64,000 bases of DNA from Vairimorpha necatrix. Lineage: Eukaryota. Both the position numbers and the translations under genes were made by a program. Numbering within the stretch: position 1 is the first letter of the stretch; every line of letters begins with the position of its first letter. The stretch is taken from positions 1,302,001-1,366,000 of the forward strand of contig CP142728.1 in the NCBI GenBank assembly GCA_036630325.1, given 5' to 3'. The notes beneath the pieces are model-generated. The model made no database searches. It was not told the DNA's origin and was given only the letters and a program-made list of their open reading frames with translations. Shown piece after piece: positions 10,457 to 21,957 of the stretch.

Positions 10457-13150
10457 TCAAATGGCTGATTTCTTATATCCAAATAAATTTCCTTTATCAA
10501 ATTTCTTAAGTTCTATTAGAAGTTTAAAGAAATTTCGAGGCAAAATCAATTCTGTCATACTACTAGATGTAGCTGGATCTTTATAATATGAAGATGCCGT
10601 CATTACTTCTTGATCATCTTTAAATCCCATGTTTTCTAGAGATATATTGTCTAAATCTCTAGTGGGCGTTTCTTCCTCCCATGTTTCAAGTAAATTTAAT
10701 CTATCCAGCTGTAATTTATCAGTAAACTCATCTAAATATTCACTTTCCTGATGATTAAGTGGAAAAGAATTACAACTCTTACTAAATAATGTATTCAGGT
10801 TGGTTTCGAAATTAAAAGTAACGTAACAAATAGGTAAAATTAATAAAGAAATCATTTTTTCGCCATGGAAAAATAACACGGCCGCTGTAGCTAATTGAAA
10901 AGATAAAATGGAATATATGACCAAAACAATGGCCTGTTCCCAAAATTTACCACCTGACTCATAATGATTTCTAGAACTATACAAAAATTCATTTTTGTAA
11001 AATAAATATAGAAGTCCAAAGTAAAAAAGTCCAAGTATTAATACAAAAGGAAAGATTAAAGTATAAGAAAACAACATGGGAAATACTATTAGTAACTCGG
11101 GAAACATAGTACCAAAATCAAAAGGAGGAGCATATTCAGATTGTTCAAACTGTCTTCTTGTTTTATATGTAAATAATTTGCTAATAAAATGATTAACAAT
11201 CAAAGGACCAGGTTTTAACAGCAACATGGCCAAACCAAACAACGATTTTTGTATAGCCGTGTTCACAAAAAGTGTAACTGACGACAAAATATTTTTACCT
11301 AATTGCGTAGTAAAATCATTAAGAGTTAATTTTCCAGAAAGTAAATCCATTAAAATGGAATATATCGTCGAAGCAAAAAACACAGACAAAAAGGCGTTAA
11401 AGAATAAAAAATTTGAGTATCTTGACATTGTACTTTTTTGCGCCGTAGAATAAGAATATAAACCTTCAAGATTCACTGATGTAATGATGATTATTGGGAC
11501 GATAACTAACAAAATATTATAAACTAGAGCCGGAACTATACCAGTGTACAGATCTTTGATAGCTGGATGATTTTTGAAAAATTTGTAGATATAACCATTT
11601 TGTTGAAATCTATCTATTCTTACCATTTCTATAGTTTGAACAGCTAAATAGGCAAAAATAATATTAAAAATAATAAAGCCGATATCACCACAAGATTTGA
11701 ATACGAATGAAATAAACCCGCTCTTATTAATATTTTGCCAAATAATATCATTCGGCGTAGGAGCTGTTTTGGCATCAACAGAAAAAATTTTCGATCCAAT
11801 TTTTGCCTGTTTGACAATGCTCGCGTCTTTGTAATCTTCAAAAACAACGAAACCTTTTTTTGCTCCAATTGGAATGTCTAGAGAAAAATACACCCCATAT
11901 TTGTCTATATTAAAAAAATGGGATAAAGGGAAAAAACTAGCATCTTTGTCAATATATCCCGGTATAAAAAGTGCATTTTGTTCTTCGGTTAATTCTAAAA
12001 TATTACTTGCATCTTTTTTATCTTCTATTTGGTTCAATTTATTTTTTTCTTCATAAATTTTTTCCAATATTACTTTTAATTTATCAAAGAAAAAGTCCAA
12101 GGCTTTTACGTTGTCATGATACATTGTTCTAAATTTATCATCAGATTTTATAAATATTTTCAGAATCTGTTTTTTTCTATCGGGATCAACATATTCATCC
12201 AGAAAAATGCTATCGACTGTATTTTGTAAGGATTCTTCAAAATTTTCAAAACTCTCCGAACAATCTTCTTTATGTTCTATTGACCATTTATTCATTTTAA
12301 TTACAATTGAATTTATTTCTTTTTCGATATTTTCTATCATTTCATTTTTTTCTTCATAAAGTTTTCTCAAATGAGTCGTGTCGTGTATCAAAATGGCTTC
12401 TTCGATATTTCCCAATTTCATTTCCTGGAAAAAATTTGCTAGGTCATTGTCCGTATTAATAAAATCCGGAAGATTAGAAACCAAAAGTGTCCGATTTGAT
12501 AAGCTCAAATATTCGGCCGCTTTTTCGGCGGATGAAAATTGTTTTGATAGTTTTTTCAGTGTTATTATTGATGTTAAAATAGATGGATTCCGTAGATAAA
12601 GCTGCCTCAAAACTGTATATCTTTTATAATAAATGTATATAAAATAAAAAATAAATATACTAATCAAATATACGTAAAATAGTATCAGATAGTAGAAGGT
12701 CTTATAATTTGAATATGTTCCTATGGACATTCTTGTGATGTATTGGTTTTTGGCGATATCAATAAATAAAAAATAATTCCAGTAGACATAACCAATGACA
12801 GGTAATACCGTTATACACAAGATAAAAAAAATTTTAAATATAAATTTAAGAGTCTGCAACATCATAAAAGCATCTAGTCCTATTAATATCAAGAGTGTTG
12901 TATCTTTGACAGTTATTACTGGCACTATCCAACTTAAATAACCATCATATCCAAAGCATGGATGACTACGTTTTCCTTGTATATTTGGAGAATATAACCA
13001 TTTTACTCTAGGTCTTATAAAAATATATAAGAAGAGTAATCCTAGGCACAAACAAAATTGTACTAGTAGATTCCATAATATCTCGCTATCAGCACTTTCT
13101 AGAGGTGGGACTTTATTAAATTCTTTGACTAATTCTTTTTCATCTGACAT
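10457..13150 (-). CDS. OSCA/TMEM63/CSC1 (Rsn1-like) calcium-permeable mechanosensitive channel
   Basis: IGLDAFMML, RTLLVSNLP, GFVVF, APTPNDIIWQN, YESGGKFW and about 11 hydrophobic segments; ATG at 13150 preceded by CCC. Confidence 0.92.
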   Translation of the reverse strand: MSDEKELVKEFNKVPPLESADSEILWNLLVQFCLCLGLLFLYIFIRPRVKWLYSPNIQGKRSHPCFGYDGYLSWIVPVITVKDTTLLILIGLDAFMMLQTLKFIFKIFFILCITVLPVIGYVYWNYFLFIDIAKNQYITRMSIGTYSNYKTFYYLILFYVYLISIFIFYFIYIYYKRYTVLRQLYLRNPSILTSIITLKKLSKQFSSAEKAAEYLSLSNRTLLVSNLPDFINTDNDLANFFQEMKLGNIEEAILIHDTTHLRKLYEEKNEMIENIEKEINSIVIKMNKWSIEHKEDCSESFENFEESLQNTVDSIFLDEYVDPDRKKQILKIFIKSDDKFRTMYHDNVKALDFFFDKLKVILEKIYEEKNKLNQIEDKKDASNILELTEEQNALFIPGYIDKDASFFPLSHFFNIDKYGVYFSLDIPIGAKKGFVVFEDYKDASIVKQAKIGSKIFSVDAKTAPTPNDIIWQNINKSGFISFVFKSCGDIGFIIFNIIFAYLAVQTIEMVRIDRFQQNGYIYKFFKNHPAIKDLYTGIVPALVYNILLVIVPIIIITSVNLEGLYSYSTAQKSTMSRYSNFLFFNAFLSVFFASTIYSILMDLLSGKLTLNDFTTQLGKNILSSVTLFVNTAIQKSLFGLAMLLLKPGPLIVNHFISKLFTYKTRRQFEQSEYAPPFDFGTMFPELLIVFPMLFSYTLIFPFVLILGLFYFGLLYLFYKNEFLYSSRNHYESGGKFWEQAIVLVIYSILSFQLATAAVLFFHGEKMISLLILPICYVTFNFETNLNTLFSKSCNSFPLNHQESEYLDEFTDKLQLDRLNLLETWEEETPTRDLDNISLENMGFKDDQEVMTASSYYKDPATSSSMTELILPRNFFKLLIELKKFDKGNLFGYKKSAI

Positions 13151-13411
13151 TGTAAAAAAGGGCAATTAACTTATAAAAAGATCAAAGCCAATAAGAAATA
13201 AAAGGGGTAAAAAATCATTTTACCTGTATTTTGTAATTAGTCAAGATAGTATTAATTATATTTTAATAACGTTATTAATTTATTTCTTAAATTAATTTGA
13301 CAGGCATATTGAAAGATAAAAAAAATCAAATCTTTAATATTGTCAGATATGAACAAATTAGGAATAAAAACTGAAATTGAAAGTAAACACTAAGGTTTAT
13401 AAATAAATAAT

Positions 13412-13771
13412 TTAATCTAAAAGTTCTTTAATTTTTTCTTCTATTCTAAGCCCTTCCTTATCTTTTGGTATGTAAACACAACAAGCAATCACTGGTCTTT
13501 CTAATGAACAAGCCTTACCCAATGATCTTTTAGATTGAACATGGGCAAATTTCTTTCCTTTGTCTTCACAAAGTAGTGGCAAGGAAAATGTAATTTCTGG
13601 TGGTTCCGCATCAACTGCTATTATTACTAAATGGGCTGTCCCCTTATTGATACATTTCGTTACTTCATTTACTCCTTTTTTTATATTTTTTGATTTATTC
13701 ATAGACATAACAAAATCATAAATTTTTTTACAATTGTCTTCGTTTAAAGATTCGTAGTGGTTTTCTTCCAT
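13412..13771 (-). CDS. SNU13: Snu13/15.5K L7Ae-family kink-turn binding protein
   Basis: KKGVNEVTK, DAEPPEI..LPLLCEDK, LGKACSLERPVIAC; CCCC-ATG start. Confidence 0.88.
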   Translation of the reverse strand: MEENHYESLNEDNCKKIYDFVMSMNKSKNIKKGVNEVTKCINKGTAHLVIIAVDAEPPEITFSLPLLCEDKGKKFAHVQSKRSLGKACSLERPVIACCVYIPKDKEGLRIEEKIKELLD

Positions 13772-14234
13772 GGGGTAAAATTATGGAAATTTAAAAAGCT
13801 AGCCCCATGGTTGGGGCTTTATAAAAACTGCATTTTTTTAAGTTTAATATATTCAAAAGAAGTCATTTTATTTTTGTAATTAAATTCAAACAGTAAAATG
13901 ATAATGAGGATTCTTAAATATAAAATAGAAATCCTTGGCATATATTTTTTAAAGTTACCAATCGTGGGCGGAAGGTTTGGATAAGCAGAAAAGTAATTGA
14001 GAATTTTATAAAAAAGTTAAGATCTTACAAAATAACTTTTTTATAAATAAAGCTTTATTGGTTCAGATCTGTAAAATAAGTTATGATTTTAAGTTTCAGA
14101 ATTTTTAGAATTTTAATTATCTTATCTTTTATTATTTACAGATGTTATTCTCTGGCAATTTTATAATCATCTTAAGTTTTAAGTCTCATAAATTTAATAA
14201 ATACTTTGCTACAATGTTTTTTTATTCCCCTTAA

Positions 14235-14621
14235 ATGAATTTCCAAGAACGTCTTTACAAATTACGAAAGGCTTGTGATGTTAAGCCAGAAAATATAAAA
14301 AAATTAATAGAAAACTTTAAACCTTTAGAATCGCATTTTCTCAATATTGAAGAGGACACAGAAACATTTTGTTATATTCCTACTGAACCAAATTTCCAAC
14401 TTCCTAATTATTTTTTAAAAACAAATATTTCTAGTGGCTGTAAAAAATATATGCAAAAAAACATAGAAAAAAATGACTACGAAGACGTGATCGATCTTAC
14501 AATCGCAGAATTAGAATTATTTTTTGCTGAAGATGATTCTATTAACACTGATAAACCAGAAGACATTTCTGAAGATATTGTCAATGAATTGTATAGAGAT
14601 CGTTATAAATCATATATATAA
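14235..14621 (+). CDS. Hypothetical protein (weak resemblance to Mediator Med8 N-terminal core)
   Basis: 128-aa ORF with CCCC motif before ATG; YIPTEPNFQLPNYFLKT loosely resembles the Med8 P..yLrTk motif. The gene is likely real; the product call is weak. Confidence 0.5.
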   Translation: MNFQERLYKLRKACDVKPENIKKLIENFKPLESHFLNIEEDTETFCYIPTEPNFQLPNYFLKTNISSGCKKYMQKNIEKNDYEDVIDLTIAELELFFAEDDSINTDKPEDISEDIVNELYRDRYKSYI

Positions 14622-14649
14622 AAGAAAAAAAGATGAAATAAATCGATTT

Positions 14650-14960
14650 GCTGTAAGACGCCAAGCAAATTTGATAAAAAATTTAATAAACGTTCAGAGA
14701 CTATCATTATTTTACGTGAAAATAAAGTTCAAAAGCAAATTTATATTTTAAAAATTTTAATAAATATTCTATGGACTTGTATTATTATACGTGATTGCAG
14801 AACACTTTGCAAATTTCTATATCAAAATTTTATGAGTGTTTATGGATTTGTATTATTTTACGATATCATAAAGCGCCAAGCAAATTTATATTTTAAAAAT
14901 TTTGAAAATGTTAATTACTATCATTATTTTACATGATTGCAAAACACCAATCAAATTTAA
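14650..14960. repeat. Degenerate tandem repeat, about 71-bp period, 4-5 units
   Basis: (g/t)CAAATTT anchors at 14665, 14735, 14809, 14880 and 14951, each followed by a ..ATTATTTTAC(G/A)-like segment. Confidence 0.75.
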
Positions 14961-15153
14961 GATATAAAATCATTTTTTGTTCTAAATAAGCAGTTGCCAA
15001 TTTGGGAGATCAAAAAACACCAATAAAATATAAAGATGTAGAAAAAAATTAAATTTTTTTCATAGGTGTTTTTTATTTTGACATGATCGTATTGCACCAA
15101 TACAAAAAAAGGAGAAATAAATATATATAATGAATTTTTAAATTTAATTTTAT

Positions 15154-16317
15154 ATGAAAAACCTGACAATTGAGAAGCCTACTACTTTAATAAAAATTAC
15201 AAAAAACATAAAGAAACTAAAGCTACGTCCAGCTAATGAATTCGACAAAGGAATAGATTTTTATGATTCCGAGAGTGAAATTGATGATAGTTGTATGTTC
15301 AATTCATTTTATGAATCTAAAGAAAATGAAGATAAAATTCATTTTTCAAAAATATGTCCATTTGAAAATTTTAGTACCAATATAACAAAATTACAAAAAT
15401 TAATTCATAAACCAACCACATTAGAAAGTACTAAAAATCTAGACGTTTTTTTATTATCAAGTTTGAAATTCGATTTGAGAATAAAAAATTATGAGGCACT
15501 ACAAAATAATGTTTTCGTTTATTTTTATTCTGAAATCGATGCTATTTCTTTTTATAAACAATATTACAATTATTTCGAACTATCATTTCAAAATTTATGT
15601 TATTGGCCGGCGTTTTTATCAGAAACATTTATTGAAAATGAGCCAACAGTACTTCATTCTGATAAACAGATACCGAACACGGCAATAGAAGACATAAATG
15701 AAAATATAATTTATGGTAGACAAAGATTTTTAGATACAGTTCAATATTTTAATAATTTAAAAGGTATTTTAAATAAAGTTGAACTACAAAAAATATCAGA
15801 AGGTTTATCCAACGGATCAACAGATTTTGTATTTAAAAACTCCAAGGAATTAGCAGTTGGTACGAAATCTAACAAATTGATGCAAGATGCTATAAAAATT
15901 TTATCAGGCGAAGAAATTGAAAATTTGTTAAAGCATTTCGGATACGACATTGCCGCGATCGCAGCATCAAAACATGGGGCGTACACGATACAAACTTTAT
16001 TGAATTTTTCAACAAATGAATCCCATAAAAAACTTATTATAGAATATTTTTCAAAAGAAGGCGAATATTTGCTTGCGCATGAAATAGGAAATTATACCTT
16101 TCAGAAGTTATTAGCCTTTGACGAGAAACTAGTTTGTGAATTTTTTCTTAATAATTTTGACGATGTTGTGTATCAAGATTTAGGATTAAAAGTATTTAAA
16201 AAATGTCTTGATCCTTTAGTTCCTTTCAAAGATGAACTATTAACAAAGCTAAATTCGTACACCGATTTATCGGCTGGGTTATTGATTCAACTTAGGACTA
16301 TAATTTCTAATATGTAG
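15154..16317 (+). CDS. Pumilio (PUF) repeat RNA-binding protein
   Basis: Repeats LAVGTKSNKLMQ, IAASKHGAYTIQTLL, LLAHEIGNYTFQKLL, VYQDLGLKVFKK; possible degenerate RRM (VFVYFYSEIDA) upstream. Confidence 0.8.
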   Translation: MKNLTIEKPTTLIKITKNIKKLKLRPANEFDKGIDFYDSESEIDDSCMFNSFYESKENEDKIHFSKICPFENFSTNITKLQKLIHKPTTLESTKNLDVFLLSSLKFDLRIKNYEALQNNVFVYFYSEIDAISFYKQYYNYFELSFQNLCYWPAFLSETFIENEPTVLHSDKQIPNTAIEDINENIIYGRQRFLDTVQYFNNLKGILNKVELQKISEGLSNGSTDFVFKNSKELAVGTKSNKLMQDAIKILSGEEIENLLKHFGYDIAAIAASKHGAYTIQTLLNFSTNESHKKLIIEYFSKEGEYLLAHEIGNYTFQKLLAFDEKLVCEFFLNNFDDVVYQDLGLKVFKKCLDPLVPFKDELLTKLNSYTDLSAGLLIQLRTIISNM

Positions 16318-16385
16318 AATAAAATAAATAGGTTTTTTTTACATAGCTATTATCATCTGAATATGGAGGTTTTATTTTTTTAATA

Positions 16386-18074
16386 TTACAGTGAATAAGC
16401 CTTTTTTACATATCTTATCGCTTCCTCAAATGTGTCTTTGTTTAAAAATAATTCATCATATTTTAATGAAATTATAGAAGTGGAACTTACAGTTGTTTCG
16501 AACAATAAGATCACACTAAACACATCTTCCTCCTCAACTTCATTTTTCCCTAATAATTTTGCATGTGTTTCTGTTAATCGTACAAGTCCCTCAAGCATAC
16601 GAATAGTATTAAATTCATTAGGACCTTCAGCCGTTTTTTTACGTAAGTAATATTTTAATAAGATATTTGAATTTTTTTCATCGATAGTTATTTTTTTCTT
16701 TCTAATTAGATTTATAAATTTCTTTAATTTGATTCGATTCCATGATTCAATATTTTTAATTTTTTCATCAATTAAATTAAAATTCAATCTTTCAAGAATT
16801 TTGTCTGCTATCTTTTGATCTTTATTTTTATCTTTAATGTCAAATAATCCAAATATTAAATCAAATCTACTCACTAATGGGGTGCTTATTAAGGTATTCT
16901 CTGATACTGATTTATTTTTATCAAATTGATATTTTGTATTACAAGCTGCGATTATAGAACATCTCGCATTTAGCATATTTATCATGCCTGCTTTTGCTAT
17001 GCTTAATGTTTGTTGCTCCATAGCTTCAAGTAAACCTCCCTTCTCATTCACTTTTAATTTATTAAATTCATCAATACAACAAATGCCTAGGTCGGCTAAA
17101 AGTAAAGCTCCAGCTTCTAATGTCCAATCTTTTCCTTGTTTTACGGCACAAGAAGTTAATCCGGCATTTGATGTTCCCGTCCCGTTGGTCATGATGGTAG
17201 GAGATACTAATTTAGAGCATACCTTTAAGAAATGTGATTTTGCGGTACCAGCATCTCCAATCAATAACATATGTGATAACTGTCTTGTGTCGCTTCTACT
17301 TTTATTTTCTTTATATTGATTGCCTAGTACTAAAAGAAGTCCTAATTTCACATTTGAATATCCAAAAATGTCATCTGTAAGTGATTCAATTAAAAATTTA
17401 CGCCTTTCAAATGTCGTTTTTGAGTAAAAATCGACAAATTCTTCATCATCTACATTTATATTTTCTTCTAAATATTCAACTTTGGAAATGTAAATACATT
17501 GTATATAAAACGAGACAATTATATTTTCATTGATTTTTAACGGTTTCCATTTTAAACAAAGTACTCCGCATACAACAACTTCAGTCCCAGCTTGGTATTT
17601 ACCAGCAAACTCTCCTTCTAAAATAATTTCGTACAAGTCTGCCAAACTACTAGTGCTACCGATATTTTGTACTCGTACTGTTTGAGTTTTAACAGCTTCG
17701 TTTAGACACTCTTTTTTCATAACGGAGGTTGAGCCACAAGAGTCACATAATATTGATAATGATTTATTGTCTCCGTTATCAGTCATAAATCCTTTGAAGT
17801 TACATTTCAAGCAAGTGTATTCAATTTTTGTATTTCTTAATAAAACCGGACCGACTTTAATAATAGTTCCTTTTACACCAACAAATTTATTTACGTTGTT
17901 AGATTTCATATTACTATTGGTAAAAATAATGTAAGGAATGTCTTTAAAATTCTTGTTATAAATAAATGGATATTCAGATGTATTTTTTATTAAATGATTT
18001 GCCAATTCTGGATTTGTTTCACACAATTCTATTAGGCTTATACAGTCATTTTCGAATAATGGTTGAGTGTTCAT
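16386..18074 (-). CDS. MCM9: MCM9-like helicase (MCM8/9 recombination clade)
   Basis: HMLLIGDAGTAKS, TNGTGTSNAGLT, WTLEAGAL, CCIDEFN, EAMEQQTLSIAKAG, SRFDL, CxxC..CxxC zinc finger. The IDEFN and T-G-G-(S/T)-AGLT variants fit MCM9. ATG at 18074 follows CCCCC (alternative start 18098). Confidence 0.8.
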   Translation of the reverse strand: MNTQPLFENDCISLIELCETNPELANHLIKNTSEYPFIYNKNFKDIPYIIFTNSNMKSNNVNKFVGVKGTIIKVGPVLLRNTKIEYTCLKCNFKGFMTDNGDNKSLSILCDSCGSTSVMKKECLNEAVKTQTVRVQNIGSTSSLADLYEIILEGEFAGKYQAGTEVVVCGVLCLKWKPLKINENIIVSFYIQCIYISKVEYLEENINVDDEEFVDFYSKTTFERRKFLIESLTDDIFGYSNVKLGLLLVLGNQYKENKSRSDTRQLSHMLLIGDAGTAKSHFLKVCSKLVSPTIMTNGTGTSNAGLTSCAVKQGKDWTLEAGALLLADLGICCIDEFNKLKVNEKGGLLEAMEQQTLSIAKAGMINMLNARCSIIAACNTKYQFDKNKSVSENTLISTPLVSRFDLIFGLFDIKDKNKDQKIADKILERLNFNLIDEKIKNIESWNRIKLKKFINLIRKKKITIDEKNSNILLKYYLRKKTAEGPNEFNTIRMLEGLVRLTETHAKLLGKNEVEEEDVFSVILLFETTVSSTSIISLKYDELFLNKDTFEEAIRYVKKAYSL

Positions 18075-18334
18075 TGGGGGTAAAATTTTATTTAGCATGT
18101 CATTTGCCGTTAAAAATTTAATTTAAAATAATATTAAAATTTCTTTCTACGTTGGTCAAGGAATTAGAAAAAAAATTGTACCCAACATATAAAGAATATT
18201 TTTTCCAAAATGAGAAATCGCTAAAAAGCTCTTAAATGTAATGAAAAACTTATATTAATAATTTAAAAACACAATAAATGTCATTTTAACACATACGTAA
18301 CTTGCTAAATATTATGAACTATACAGATTTATTA

Positions 18335-19285
18335 TTATTCATAGAATTTTATGTATTCGTATGGTTTCTTTGGTACTTGATCTTCATTTTCATCTTGATT
18401 ATTATCATCGGGAATATAACCATAATCTGAAGATTTATACATGCTGGGCTTTATAGGAGGGATTAATGAACAGTCGACAACGTGATTCCAATCGACTGCA
18501 CTAAAAAAAATATGTCTTTTTATATCATCTAATCCCCAATACCCTAGTCTTTCTTGTCTTTTTTTACGTAATAATCTACTAAGTAGATCAGCAGCCGCAT
18601 AACTTAAATATTGTGGAATATAAATATCATTTTCAAGTATTTTTCTGTATATTAAATGATTATCACTATCATAAAACGGCGGGTCTCCAGTAAACATTTC
18701 AAAAAGGATGATTCCGAATGACCAATAATCGCTCTCTATTCCGTCATCTTCATTTAGTAATTTTTCCGGCGACATGTACTCTGGCGTTCCAGATATAATG
18801 TGCGTTTTTTCTTTGTGATCAACGGCAAATCCAAAGTCCGTTAATTTAATGTGACCACATGGCGTCAATAAAATATTTTCTGGTTTTAAATCTCTATACA
18901 ATAGACCTCTTTTATGAATAAATTCAAGTGCAACTAAAATCTCTGAAGCGTAGAATAATGTGGCATATTCAGAAAACTTTCTTAATCTTCTTAACCAATA
19001 AAATAATTCGCCACCACTTATATAATCCATAACTATGCCAATAATTTTAGAATCTCGTACAACACTGACAAGTTTAGCTATAAAAACATGGCCATTTACT
19101 CCTTTAAGAGCTTTTATTTCATTTTCAAGTTGATCTGCTTGTCGCATTTTTAAAAGTTTTCTTTTATTAAGGATTTTGATAGCAAAACGAACCGATTCTT
19201 GATTTTTTATGGAGACCAAATAAACTTTTCCAAATGCGCCCGTGCCAATTTTCTTAATAAATACTAAATTTGTAAGCTCTAACAT
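18335..19285 (-). CDS. AGC-family Ser/Thr kinase, PKA catalytic-subunit-like
   Basis: GTGAFGKV, AIKIL, GGELF, YRDLKPEN, DFGFA, GTPEYMSPE, PPFYD, PPIKP. Confidence 0.9.
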   Translation of the reverse strand: MLELTNLVFIKKIGTGAFGKVYLVSIKNQESVRFAIKILNKRKLLKMRQADQLENEIKALKGVNGHVFIAKLVSVVRDSKIIGIVMDYISGGELFYWLRRLRKFSEYATLFYASEILVALEFIHKRGLLYRDLKPENILLTPCGHIKLTDFGFAVDHKEKTHIISGTPEYMSPEKLLNEDDGIESDYWSFGIILFEMFTGDPPFYDSDNHLIYRKILENDIYIPQYLSYAAADLLSRLLRKKRQERLGYWGLDDIKRHIFFSAVDWNHVVDCSLIPPIKPSMYKSSDYGYIPDDNNQDENEDQVPKKPYEYIKFYE

Positions 19286-20458
19286 ATTTATAAAAGGGTA
19301 TAATGATCAAATGCTTTTTAAAAATATTTATGACCGTTATAAAACGGTTAATGACAGTTTATGATTTAAAACTATTATTGTCAAATACATTGCAAAACAT
19401 ATTTTAGTTTGAAACAAATTTATATTTTTTTATAGAAAATATGTTGGAATTATCAAAATTCGATCACTAATAAAACATTAAAAAAATAAAAGGAACAAAT
19501 TATTTTGGCTGTCAAAACTCAAACCAATTATCAAACTGAAAATAAATTTTAAAAAAATTTATACGTTATAGTTTTTAATGATGAAAATAATTATATAGAT
19601 TTTATTATTCGCAACTTATAAAAACCCTACTAAAAATTATTTGACCAAGTTTACGTCAATGCTTTAAACAACAAAACTGAAATCTGCTATAATTTACAAT
19701 TATAATTTTTTTTTGATGAAAAAGTTCAGTAATAAGTCAGGTCAAGTTCAATAAACTATATATCTATGATTTTTTATTCCCACTTAGTAAAAAAATGATA
19801 ATTTGTTGTTTTATAGGAGAATATGTTTGAAATGATCACTTACTTTGAAACAAATAAAGTAATAAAAATATAATTATCTCGAAATATATTTTATATGCAT
19901 TTTTGTAAATTTATATGGCCTAAGGTATCTGTTTGAAAATATAGATACTAAATCTCTGACTTATTTTTGAACACATATAATTATGAGTATAAAAGAGTTA
20001 ATAAAGGCAGATAAAAAAAATTCTTTCTCCAGTGACGTATAAATAAGTTTTTGGGGATATGTAAAAAAAAGTTATTGAGTTAATAATATCTTTGATAGTA
20101 TTAAAAAATATTTTAGGCCTTAAAATCGTTTTTTTGTGTAATATAATTTATATAATATATTTATTATATCAAAAGGCTTTGCTTCAGTAAATTGTGAAAC
20201 GTTAAAAAAATCCACAAATTAATTATATGTCAAATTTTTAACTGTAAATATAAAATTTTAGTTATTCTTTAGAAAAAGATAATTAAAATACAATAAAAAA
20301 TTACGATATTTTGAATTTTATGATTATTGGTTCTAATTTTCATTTTTTTCAAACAGATATGATACTAACTCATATTTTAATCAATAAAAATATGAAATAT
20401 AAAACATGTTTAATACGTATAATTCTTTATATTGTTCTAATTTAGGAATCAACTTAAA

Positions 20459-21661
20459 ATGAATGGACCAAAATATAGACAAGAGAAAAAAATATTCCAG
20501 TCATTCGATATTAAATATCAATTGGATAATATAAATCTATTAGGCGATTTATTACATTTATATATATTAGCATACGAGGATGGGATGGGGTTATTAAGAA
20601 ATTATTGCATAACCAATGAACCTTTTGACGACATAGAAGATGTTAAAACATTTAACGAAAAATATTATAAAAAGATACGGGAAAAGTTAATTTATTACAC
20701 TGAAAATTATACAATTTTTCTTGACAAACCAAAACTTATATCAAAAATTTTATCTGCATATGGTTTTATATTAGAATACGGTTTATTTGATGTAGAAATT
20801 GATAAAAATAAAGCTAAAAAATATTATGAGTTCTCCGCCATATACGGTTCGCCTTTTGGAACATTTAGACTTGCACAATGCCATGAAAAAGGTGTTGGTT
20901 GCAAAAAAAATTTGAAAGAAGCTGTAGTGTTTTATAGATGTGCAGCTAAACTAGGATTTCTACAGGGAATACATACATTTGGAACAATAGTATTAAGAAA
21001 CAAATTTAACCTCGAGTTTGATGATAATATTGGTTATTTCTATTTACATCTTGGGGTTAATATAGCTACTAGATTATATCCTTTTGTTTGTTTTGATTAT
21101 GCTAGAAATTTGGAGTTAGATTTATCGCCTACAGGTCATGTTTCTGATATTATGTATTGCTTTAAAATGTATAATAAAGGCGCTGAAATTGACTGTCCAA
21201 ATTGTCAACTTAGAGTAGCGCAATGTTATGAATATGGTGAACTCGAGTGTGAAATTGATCTTGAAAAATCATACAGTTATTATAAAAAAGCATCCTTTAA
21301 TGGAAATATAGATGCTTCAGTTAAAGTTGCACAGATATACATAGAACCAAAGGAAATGCACCCACCAAATTTTGAATTATCCTATAAATACGCCATCAGA
21401 GCTGCAATAAAAGGAAATTGTATGGCAATGCTATATATCATTATATTTTATGAAAATGGACTGGGCGTAGATAAAAATTTGCTTGTAGCCAAATGGTGGC
21501 AAAGAATATTTTTGTTTCATTTAAAAAATCAAAGCCTTGACATAAATATGAAAATTTTTACAGAAATTACTAAGACTATATTTTATTCCATTGAAAATTC
21601 AAAAAAAGTTAATGATGATGTGGAAATTATATCAGAATGTATAGAGCCTCGAGAAATCTAA
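20459..21661 (+). CDS. Sel1-repeat protein (Chs4/Skt5-like chitin synthase activator candidate)
   Basis: Repeated LAQCHEKGVGC..NL.EAV.FY..AA, VAQCYEYGEL, FYENGLGVDKNLLVAKWW. Confidence 0.85.
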   Translation: MNGPKYRQEKKIFQSFDIKYQLDNINLLGDLLHLYILAYEDGMGLLRNYCITNEPFDDIEDVKTFNEKYYKKIREKLIYYTENYTIFLDKPKLISKILSAYGFILEYGLFDVEIDKNKAKKYYEFSAIYGSPFGTFRLAQCHEKGVGCKKNLKEAVVFYRCAAKLGFLQGIHTFGTIVLRNKFNLEFDDNIGYFYLHLGVNIATRLYPFVCFDYARNLELDLSPTGHVSDIMYCFKMYNKGAEIDCPNCQLRVAQCYEYGELECEIDLEKSYSYYKKASFNGNIDASVKVAQIYIEPKEMHPPNFELSYKYAIRAAIKGNCMAMLYIIIFYENGLGVDKNLLVAKWWQRIFLFHLKNQSLDINMKIFTEITKTIFYSIENSKKVNDDVEIISECIEPREI

Positions 21662-21957
21662 ATATTGTTTTTTATGGTACTATATATTATAACTACAATG
21701 TTTATACATGATTTTTCGTAAATATATGGTAAATAGCAAGATCAGCCAATAAAAATAAAAAACAGCCTTTTAAATTATTGTCGTAATATGACGATGAGAT
21801 CTAAAACTGCTCACTATATATATTTTTTACAAGTTTTAACAGTTTTACTAATTTTTTGAAATTATAATTAAACCCCTTTAATATAGGAGGTAAAAGGGGT
21901 CAAATAAATTAATTGGTTGTTTTTAATTTAAATTTTTTTTTGCTATCAAAAATTCAT

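Noticed and set aside
14650-14960. CRISPR array
   Set aside because: Eukaryotic context, degenerate units with no unique spacers, no cas genes.
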